Shown: piece by piece, positions 25,541 through 36,500 of the stretch
How the letters are laid out: each line of letters opens with the position of its first letter
Numbering within the stretch: the first letter of the stretch is position 1
Assembly: GCA_050084985.1 (NCBI GenBank)
Contig: JBITNC010000002.1
Location: 36,828,001 to 36,892,000 of the forward strand
DNA: 64,000 nt
Source: Nageia nagi
Lineage: Eukaryota; Plantae; Pinophyta
Direction of reading: 5' to 3'
The notes under the pieces: generated by a model
The model's database searches: none
What the model was told of the DNA's origin: nothing
What the model saw: the letters and a program-made list of their open reading frames with translations, nothing else
Position numbers and translations under genes: made by a program

Positions 25541-28500
25541 TGTAATGACCCACCTGATGACACCATTTGATCTCGAGCACTATTGAGGATGTACATGAAA
25601 TCATGTTTGAACCATTGCTATGTGATAATCGATTTTAAATGGAAATATGTATTATTTGTATCGAGTTAATATTAGCTTCAAGATTTTATTATGTAGGTAA
25701 CATGTTACTGCAACATGAAAGGAGCAATCGAAGACCTAATGAACCAAAAGTGAATTGGTGTGGGAACAGAAGGGTAAGAGGAGGAAATAATTGATGTTGA
25801 ATCACTGACACACCCTATGACCATCATAAATCATGTATATGCATGTAGAATAATTTCTATGACTATCAATTTCTTGATTTAATTATGTTTGCCAATGCGT
25901 GTGGATTAATCTTGCCTTGTAGGACAAGGCAAGCATTGTAGGTAAAGATGTGTTTCTTTTTTTTGTGTTTTTGAAATTCGAATTTGAAATGGAGGGAAAA
26001 ATGAATATACCTTATTTAAAACTAAAAATTTATATAAGGTTAGAAAAGTAAATTTAATAAAAATAAAAAAAATTAATAAAAATAAGTGCCCATACTATTG
26101 CCATATGAGGTTAATAGTAAAAACACTATTAGAAAAAGATTAAGGTCACCTTATGGTATTACAAAATATTTAATGGGTTAGAAAATAATAGAGCAATGAC
26201 CCTACTTAGTTTTGTTTTCTTATGTTAGATATGGATAATAGTTGGCAATAATTTATCAGTTAATAAAAAAAATTCAAGGTATTTAATACCTTTTCAATCA
26301 TTAACAACTTTAAGAAAACCTATCCCAAAAATTATTAAAGGTGTGAGGAGACATATATTTGGACAAACTTGGATTTTTTTGGCTATAAATAAAAGGGTGG
26401 AACCTTAAGCAAAACACCTACCTATCTATCTTTTATTATTTCATTCTTGTTATTCTCAAGCTTGATGTAGAGTTACGTGAAGAAAAGAAGTCTCTCTTCC
26501 CTCTTCAAGTCAATGTGCAATTTTTTACATTTTTTTTGCCTAATTAAAATAGTCATATTTTGAGATATTTAATATGATGTTTATCATAATATTTGATAAT
26601 ACTTCATAAAATTAATTATTGTTAGAAGTGTTGAACCATTTGAAGAGACATAGTGGTTATTTTATTTCAAGGTTGTTACTATATCTTTTTCTTTAAAAGT
26701 TAAAGGAGTGAGATTTTATTTTGTTAACCTCCTTTTATTTAGATGTAGAAGTGAAAAATTTTACATACAAATTATATTATGTATTTTATGATATTTTAAG
26801 AAAACTAGTCAAATATTTCTCCTTATACCTTTAGTTAGAGTTTAAGGAATTTATTTTGACATGAATTTTATTAAAATCCTAATATGATATTTATCATAAT
26901 GTTTGATAAAGTTTCATAGAATTAATTGTTGTTAGAAGTGTTGTACCATTTAAAGAGACATAGTGGTTATTTTATTAAAGGTTGTTACCATGTCTTTTTC
27001 TTTAAAAAGTAAAGAAGTGGATTTTTCTTTTGTTATTCTCTTTTTATTTAGATGTAGGAGTGGAAAATTTCACGTACAAATTATAATATGTATTTTATAA
27101 TATTTTAAAGAAACTAGTCAAATATTTTGATATGAATTTTTTTAAAGTCCTAATATGATATTTATCATAATGTTTGATAACGTTTCATAGAATTAATTGT
27201 TGTTAAAAATGTTGTACCATTTGAAGAGACATAGTGGTTATTTTATTTAAAGGTTGGTATCATGTTTTTTCTTTAAAAAATAAAGGAGTGATATTTTCTT
27301 TTGTTATTCTCTATTTATTTAGATGTAGGAGTAGAAAATTTTATGTACAAATTATGTTATGTATTTTATGATATTTTAAGAAGACTAGTCAAATATTTCT
27401 CTTTATGCCTTTAGCTAGAGTTTAATAAATTTATTTTGACATAAATTTTATTAAAATCCTAATATGATGTTTATCATAATGTTTGATAAAATTTTATAGA
27501 ATTAATTATTGTTAGAAGTGTTGTACCATTTGAAGAAACATAGTGGTTATTTTACTTAAATGTTGGTATCATATCTTTTTCTTTAAAAAGTAAAGGAGTG
27601 GGATTTTTTTTGTTATTCTCCCTTTATTTATATGTAGAAGTGAAAAATTTTACGTACAAATTATATTATATATTTTATGATATTTTAAAGAGACTAGTCA
27701 AATATTTCTCCTTATACTTTTAGCTAGAGTTTAATGAATTTATTTTGATATAAATTTTATTACAATTCTAATATGATGTTTATCATAATGTTTGATAAAG
27801 TTTCATAGAATTAATTGTTGTTAAAAGTGTTGTACCATTTGAAGTGATATAGTGGTTATTTTATTTAAAGATTGGTACCATATCTTTTTCTTTAAAAAGT
27901 AAAGGAATAAGATTTTTTTTTGTTATTATTTCTTTATTTACATGTAAGAGTGAAAAATTTCACATACAAATTGTATTATGTATTTTATGATATTTTAAAG
28001 AGACTAGTCAAATATTCCTCTTTATGCCATTAGCTAGAGTTTAATGAATTTATTTTATTTTATTAAAGTCTTAATATGATATTTATCATCTTAGTAAAGA
28101 AATATTGTTAAATTCATATAAAAATAGAAAAAGATAAATTAATAAAAATATGTTAGCTTGTTATTATCTAAGTTTGTCAATTAAATTAAATAATATCTAA
28201 TGAGATGATAAGTTATGCTTAATATTTTTAATAAGTAATTCAAGAACTCTTTAGAATCTTGTATTAAATAAATTATGGTTTTAAGATTATGATATTGGTA
28301 TAATGTTTAGTAAAATAATCCATATGGTACCAATTACATTAATTAATTATTAAGGTATCTAAGACCTTATTATGAAAGATTTAATTATTTAAGATGGATT
28401 AATTATAAGGTAAATAAATAATGGATTAATGTACATTGACCAAGGAAAGAAGATAATTTCTTTTGAGGTCTATAGTTAAATTCATTTGTATAATGGTCAA

Positions 28501-29679
28501 GTTTAAAAATGGTTGTCCTAATCCTCCTCCCTTTTAGTACCGATCCACCTACCAAGTTCCAAGGGGATGTTCGATGCTCGTTGCATGAAGATCGATGGAG
28601 ATGTTCGATGGTTGATATAATGATCAAAACCATATAACATGAATAAATTTGAATTATAAACTCATTGGATATGAAAGAGTATGATTTGTCAAAAATATCC
28701 CATTTGTATTCTATTACATTAATGCATTAAAGGTTATTTTGTATTTATGTCTTATTAGTATGGTAAATGAAAGGTAGACGAGTTGTACTTCAACGAATTG
28801 GTTTTATTTATAAATGGTTAATGGTTACTACAAATTATTAAGGGTCGATGAAAATTATAAAGCATTGTACTTCATTGAAGTAAATACTATTAAATGCTAA
28901 TATGATCCTTTTTCAATTAATTAATGCTTTTTCACTTAGAGTTAGACATGATCAAAGAAAATGGTTTGTTGTGTATTTTAATACTTTGGTCAAATAAATT
29001 AGATAATATTAGGTAAGAGTATGCATTGCTATAGAAAAAGAGGTAATTAAATACGATAGTGATCACTATAGATAGAGAAGATCAATAAACCCAAAACTAA
29101 TCCAAAGACTTAGAAATAATCCTAAAATTCAAGTTAAGATTCCAAATGATAGTTTGGGATCATTTAGGAAACTTTAGGGACCTTTAGAATCAAAATAGAT
29201 ACAAATGGGACCAAATAGGAATAGATGGGATCGTTTGGGATCCTTTGGGAATAATTGGGATAGTTTGGGGATATTATGGGAAATAATTGGGAATGCTTGG
29301 GATCATTATGGGATCTAAATCATAAGATTTTTTGAATATTGATTTGCACTTAAACTAGTGATATTAAACCTTTACAACATAACAAATACACCTTCTCAAG
29401 ATTAAGGATATGGTAAATAAGTCCAAATAAAACAAGGGTACGATCATCAGGAGTATCTACTCACAAGCAAGGATAAGAATGCTTAGTGAACAAACCCTTG
29501 TGCTTAGAAAGAAAGAATGAAGATTAAATAAAGTCGATAAGGTATCAATATGTAATACATGTGGGATATAATTCTATTAATAGGAAGCCTAGTAAATCGA
29601 ATAGATCGACAAATAAAAAAATAAAAAATTGGTCCTAAATTTAAGGGTTTTAGATGGTGAAAGATGGAGTAGAGTTACA
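25541..29679. mobile_element. Nested large solo LTR (~4.1 kb, gypsy-type termini)
   Basis: Runs TGTAATGACCC...GAGTTACA. Flanks tgtaa/tataa give a 4/5 TSD differing by one transition. Confidence 0.65.
26571..28090. repeat. ~310-bp tandem repeat x5 (satellite-like)
   Basis: Units start aatatgat(g/a)tttatcataat at 26571, 26881, 27152, 27461 and 27770, with a partial unit at 28073. Unit 2 has a ~40-bp deletion. Confidence 0.95.
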
Positions 29680-30594
29680 TATAATTACATTAAAAGATCT
29701 TTAGCATAGTTTAAAATATAATTATTTAAAAAATTATATTTAACTATGAAAAAAATTAGATATACTAATTTTTATAAGATCTTAAAATCTAACCATAGAA
29801 ACTATGTTAGCTTTAACCTTTAGTTTCTATAAAAAAATTGAAACAAGATTAAGGTTAGATATACCTTGAATGAGAGTTACCTCAAGATCACGAAGTAGAA
29901 ATTTGAAGAATCTCATAATAAGGAGGCTCTAATAACACATGATGGAATTGTAGGATTCTATAAACCAAGATCACTTGTGCTCTTCCAACAAATTAACACT
30001 CAAATTACACTCAAAATAACAATCTCTTAAAAGACACAATAATAAGCAATCTCACAAAATGATACATAAGAAGTATAGTGGTTTCTCTCTAAGAGAGTAC
30101 ATCCACTTAAATATAAGTTTATTACTTTTCAATATAAGATCTCTCTTACAACCTAGATCTCTAAACAAACTAGTAGCAATGCTACTACAAAAATATGTGT
30201 TACAACATAGCCAAGCCTTCATTTTATAGGCTTAAATCCTATTTTGGTTCACTCTTTTATATAAGAAGAATACCAATGTCCATAGGATATTCACATCCTC
30301 ACATTAGATGAAAATGGTAGGTGGAAAGGTTTTTATTCATACCTATTACATATGCCCATACTTATAATTTAAGTATGTGGTACTATATGCATATGTGGAT
30401 ATACCCTTAATATAAAATAGATAGGACTCCACTTTTGCATGCATGGATAATCCACATAATAAATGGATTATTCTATATTACACAATATTTCCCTTCTAAC
30501 TTAGGTATTGTATATGTTCATTTGTTTTTAATTAATTAGGAATAATATACTTAAGTTACTTACACAATAATGCATTATAAGTTCTAACACAAAT

Positions 30595-32300
30595 GCATGT
30601 AAGATGCATATAAGAGCATGAAGATGTAACATGAACATGAAGATGGAACATTCTAATGCAATATGTTTTCAACATCATATTCCCATTAAGATGGAAAATG
30701 TCAATTACATTGCTAACCTTCTTGGTCATGCATACTATCTTAAGGAAGATTTGAACTTCATTGTCAAGTTGCCCATAAAACTTGAATTGGCTGTGTGGAT
30801 GCATCATCTTGGTGCTTGTAAATTATCACATAAGAATGTAGGAATAAGGGAATTTGTGAAGAGTTATGAAGAACCTTTGAGTATGCAATAACTATCATAC
30901 TAAAACCAAGTTTATCTCCAATATTATTGTGAGGGATGTGAACATTCATGGTATACAATGATTGGAGAATATACAATTCATAGCTACAACAAAGATACCC
31001 TTAAATTGTTTGATATGATGAAGCACTTAGGAACAAACCCTTACAACATGAACTCTTATTGCATTATTCTTGGGATGAATCATTATACATGCATTGTTGA
31101 CCTTCTTGGTTGTGCAAGCTATTGTGAGGGAGCTTTGAACTTCACTACCAAGATACCCATAAGACCTAAATTGGGTGTATGGATATGTCTACTTGGTGCT
31201 TGTAAATTAAATGTTGTGGTTTTGAATGTCTTGATAGAAATGTATGCAAAATATTGAACAAACCCTTACAACATGAGGGACTCTTATTGCATTATTCTTA
31301 GGATGAATCATTATATATGCATTGTTGAACTTCTTGTCCATGCAAGCTATCTTAAGGGAGGTTTAAAATTCATTGCTAAAATACCCATAAAATCTAAATT
31401 GGGTGTGTCTCCTTGATGGTTTTAAATCAAATTTTGTGGTTTTGAATGTCCTAATAGACATGTCTGTAAAATATGAAAAAAACCATTACAACATGAGCAA
31501 TTCTTACTACATTCTTCCTAGGATGAATCATTATACATGCATTATTGACCTTCTTGGTTGTGTAGTCTATCATGAGGGTTCTTTAAACTTTATTTTCAAA
31601 GTACCCATAAAATCTAAATTGGGTGTGTCTACTTGGTTCTTGTAAATCGAATGTTGTGGTTTTGAATGCCCTAATAGACATGTATGCAAAATGTTGTATG
31701 AACCCTTACAACATGAGGGAATCTTATTGCATTATTATTGGGATGAATAACAATACATGCATTATTGACTTTATTGGTCATGCAAGCTATCTTTAGGGAT
31801 CTTTGAACTTCACTGCTAAAATACACATAAGACCTAATTTGGGTGTGTCTACTTAGTGTTTGTGAAATGAATGTTATGGTTTTGAATTCCTTGATAGACA
31901 TGTATGCAAAATATGGAATAAAAACTTACAACATGAGTGACTCTTTTTGCATTATTCCTGAGATGAATCATTATACATGCATTGTTGACCTTCTTAGTCA
32001 TGTAGGCTATCTTGATGGAGCTTTGAACTTCACTACCAAAATACCCATAAAACCTGAATTGGGTGTGTGGATGTATCTACTTATTACTTGTAAATTAAAT
32101 GTTGTGGTTTTGAATGCCTTGATATACATGTATGCAAAATGTGAAAGAATACACAAGGCCTAGGAATTGTTTGACATGATGCAAACACATTTTCATGGTA
32201 TGCAATGATTAGAGAATACACACAAAATGGGTTTTATGAAAACAGACCTAGAGATGTTTATTCCAAAAACATGATAATTGCTTGACAAGATACATAGAAG
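30595..32300 (+). pseudogene. PPR/DYW mosaic with a ~222-bp chimeric unit tandemly repeated x5
   Basis: Units at ~31032, 31257, 31479, 31699 and 31918 each read TNPYN-MSDSYCII.RMNHYTCIVDLLG...IPIKP.LGVW.CLLGACK-LNVVVLNALIDMYAK. A DYW piece (KNL*VC..YHTKTKFIS..IVRDVN) lies at ~30862-30943. Confidence 0.9.
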
Positions 32301-32756
32301 AATACATGTTGGTTTCTCTCTGCAACCCCCTTGGATTGACCCTACTCTTTATGGTAAACTGGAAATGGTCCAAGTGCTTTAACCCCCTCAACTAGAAATG
32401 GTACAAGCTAAGTGCTCTACCCCCTCGTATTTTCTTCTAAAAAAACTAAAAAGTTATACATTCCAACTTAAGTTCCTCATGTAGGATTTTATTAATTTTT
32501 TTGTTGACATTGAGAGGAAGTTTTTACCAGCCTCCTTAAAATTTAAGGGGCATTTTATAATTGCTCCCTAAAAATTGCCACTAAAACCCAAAAAATGATG
32601 TGGTTAAAAATCATCACACCAAAGCCACCTCAAATCATCCACCTCCAAAGCCTATTTTTGGTCCATTGAAGGATTTGTTTTTATCCTTCTCATTATTTTA
32701 CTTACTTTGCAAGCATAATTACATTTCATTTCTTTAAACTTGCAAACATGTATATT

Positions 32757-33561
32757 TGTTGACACTTAATTTTGATACCTAATATCACAAAGTAATTATT
32801 ATATTACTTAAGTAACAACACATTCTATTTTATTATTTTATCTCATATTATGGTCATTTAGGTTGAATTATGTGCCCTTATCATGTTGTTCTCTTTTTGT
32901 GTGTTAGGCCCTTAGCATCGATGCAAACTTGTGAGCATGTATCACAATGTTTCTCTCACATATAAAAGGAGGTAAGGTAATATGAGGAGGCTTTCAAGAT
33001 TTACATCTCGATAGTCATACTCAATATAAAAAATATTTAGGTATCTCTCAACATTGCCTATCGGGATGAGGATTTGTTATCATAAGAGCACTATGTTATT
33101 CATCTTTCACCACATGTTATACTAGACTTGTTGCATTAATATTATTGCTAGGAATTTAGATTACGAAGACTAACTCACAGGGAGCATAGTGTCTACTCTT
33201 CTCATGGAGTCTATGCTACTACTGGAATTTATGCTACTCTACATATCTATCCTTCTACTAAGTCTTGCTATCTAAGGTTCCACCCTAGTGAAAAGTCCGA
33301 TTCTAGTGTATGAATGGTATTCCAAGTAAGGTAATAGGTATTTATCTTGACCCCTCTCTCATAGGTTGTGAATGTGATCTAATAGCCTAAGCATCATTAG
33401 TATTTTATTTACATTCTAAATACTTAAGGTTATTACACTTTGCCTATACTTAATCATTTATCAAGATTTGTAAGTTCATTTCAATAGTAATCTTCTTCAT
33501 TTTAGTAGATTGATTATACATAATTAATCAGTAGTAGGATTGATTTTAATCATCTACAACA
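32757..33561 (+). mobile_element. Probable Tat/Ogre-like LTR (possibly the 3' LTR of the gypsy host)
   Basis: Starts TGTTGACACTTAATTTTG, has an internal TATAAAAGG, and ends CATCTACAACA. No PPT or TSD confirmed. Confidence 0.45.
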
Positions 33562-36500
33562 TGAAAAAGAATGACATCCCTTACGCTTTGTTTGTGCATG
33601 AATATGGATACAACCATGAACATCACCCCTAAGCCACGTTTCTATTCTAAGATGTAAGCACAACTCCAATTAAGGCCAATATTTCATGGAAATACAATCC
33701 TGACTCATGCTACAAAAATGGAGCCATTTAACTCATGACCAAAGCACATAAACACATGATATGAAAATGAAAAACCAATTGGATAGCCAAAGAAAATGTA
33801 AACATGTCAAGGCAAAATAAACCTAACAATGTTGTAGAATTTCATTGTCAATGCGAATGCAAACATGCACAACGCAAGGGTATGATTTTACCTCAACTCA
33901 TGTCTCTACTTGCATACATGTGTCTCCTTATCTCTAGATGCATTTACATCAATGGAGTATGAATGATGTGTCTCCTCCAGTGCCATGTCATCCTTTTTAT
34001 CCACTAGATGCATTTACACCTTTTCAAAACTTTTTACACTCAAATGATTGCAAGTTTTCCATTAGACTTCCTCTCTTTCCACCTTTTGGTCAAATTCAAT
34101 CAACTCTTCGCTTGAGCCATATGACATTCATTTCAACACTCTCATAGGTTGCGATAATTGGTGTCCTCATAGGGGTCCAATAAGATGAGCGGGGGTTTCT
34201 TGAATAAGGTGTCTAGCTCCAAAATCCAAAACTCCACCATTAAACTCAACACATGCATGCTTTAGAGAGATAACATTCTAGATATTCCCAAGACATTATT
34301 CCTCCACACATTTCTCTTTGTTATATCCAAAGACTTTCTAAAGATCATAAGATCACTTTGCCAACCATCACAACCAATAGTGGGTGAATAAAAATTAAAA
34401 TATTAAACACAAACTATATTGTTGATTGTCCACACCTACTTGCCATACTAGAATTTAGCAATAAATTGCCTTCACTTGCCTTTAATTGGTTTCCTAGTGC
34501 TTCAATGGTAGATACCCTCATGACATGGCATTTCTTACCAATTAAAAATCAACCAAGACATAATTCGTTAATGTCAAAAGGATCATGCAATTTCTTACCT
34601 CGTTGGTGGCAATTTTCTTTTATAACATCATTATCTATTTTGAACCAAAATTGCCCATGAATATATTTATATACATTTTATTTGCTAAACAACATTTTGC
34701 CATTCTTTGGCCTTTGGCATTACATACATAAATGTAAATTGCTTGCTAACATAAATATGTATATATTTATTTGCATGATAATCCCTTGCCATTCCTTGGC
34801 CTTTGTTCAACCACACAAATAAATATAGTTTACAATTAATACCATATATTTTCTATTAAAAACGATGGAATTGAAAATCAAGTCCAAAATATTAAATAAT
34901 AATTGTATGAAAACAATAATCCTTTACCTTGACCAAGGGTATTGTGATTCCATTGAAAACATTCTCTTGATTCCTTGATTACCTAATGTCCAAACGTTTT
35001 ATATTGATATCTTTATATGTATGTTAATAATAACTTTATTTAACCATAAAAAATAAAATATCAAGTTCACACCATTATCATTAATTGGGGATTAAGACAT
35101 TTTTTTCTTTTTTTTTTTGAAATATTCATAATAATAGTTCTTTACTTATCCGTGTTATACATACTTACCTTGCTCTTAATTTGAAAACTTAAATGGTTAA
35201 GCAAGCAAAACATTAGATTCCAATAAGCACCTCTAGTGATCAAGATACCATATAGGATGTCTTACATAAAATTAAAAGTGCAAAGTATTCTTATATGCAT
35301 AACATAGATGTAATATTATAGAATATCAAATAGTCATGCCCACTACTTGGGCCTTTCGAAAATATATTTCTTGTAAAAGGTCATTATGCACAACTTAGGC
35401 CCTTAATTAAGTTTAGCAAAATGGGTCTTGACAGACTTAATATTGTTTGTGCATAGATTAACCTTTAAAGAAGACACATTTTTATGTTAAAATTATGCAT
35501 GGGCTTATTATGACAAAGTGATTGAAAAAGATGGCTATAGGGCATTGTGGGGAAGAAAGGTTATGGGATTTTGGCAAAAGGTGTGAGCTTATGCATAAAT
35601 AAGCCTCAAACCCTAACCATAAGATTATAATACCAAGAGAGGGGGTCTCTATAGGAGAATTGGAGAGAAGGAATATAAGCAAAAGATGTCGATGAATAGG
35701 AGGACAATGAGGGTTATGCATTATTTGATGCCTAGAATGAAACATAGATCTAAAGGGCCATCAATTGGGATGTTGGCTAACATGAAAGATATCACCAAAG
35801 AACTAATAGTGATAGGGGAGAGAACCACAAGATGAGGGGAAATCGGAAGTTGTTCACATCACCCCTAACATTCAAGGTCGAAGGACTGTCGAAGTTTGCA
35901 AAAAAGTGGTAATAAGGGATTGTCTACAATATTTCGACAACAAATGTAAGTATGTGCCTTGATGCTGGTCAGAAACAAGTATATTACGTATGGGATGGGG
36001 AAGTTGTTGGGGGGACTTAGGTCTCAATAGGGGTCTCATGTAGAGATTTATCCCTAAGAGAGACGACCTCACAAATATAAAGGACTCAACATTGTTGATC
36101 AAAATACTAAAGAAGGTGGAGAGACAATTTTCAAAGTCTTTAAATATGCAATCGAATCTCCCCCAAATGTTATAGTGAATAACACAATTGAAAAATAAAG
36201 TGGTCCTTAAACTCTATTTCCTAATGGAGAAAATATGGCAAATGTGATCCATGTAGGGTATGTGGTTAGATTCAATATGGAGTTGATGATTCATGACTTT
36301 GATATTAATTTGACAAAAAAAAAAAAAAAAAATTGAATGAAAGAGCTAGTTATATTAAAATAAAAGCAATATTTCACAAAAGAGTTTGTGGGGGGATAAA
36401 AACACACCTCGGAAGTAAGCAGACCAACCCTAACTGCAAGTTGGGAGAACAAAACCACCAAAAAATCTAACCGCTAAACAAGCTGATTACAATTCAAGAC

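Larger units (their letters stand above)
19012..30589 (-). mobile_element. Full-structure copia-type LTR retroelement with a degenerate or non-coding interior
   Basis: Paired LTRs at 19012-19681 and 29940-30589 (TGATGGAAT...TTCTAACA). Perfect TSD CAAAT. PPT (ctctccctt) at 19682-19690. Degenerate tRNA-iMet PBS gctctaataaca (consensus gctctgatacca) at 29926-29937. Confidence 0.92.
15805..32668. mobile_element. CACTA element 2, non-autonomous (Pack-CACTA) with PPR cargo and nested LTR elements
   Basis: Left TIR CACTAGACCAAA at 15805. Right TIR tttggtccattg ending 32668 (10/12 match to the reverse complement). 3-bp TSD AAG on both sides. Subterminal ggtggtttataacc-like repeats at both ends. Confidence 0.8.
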
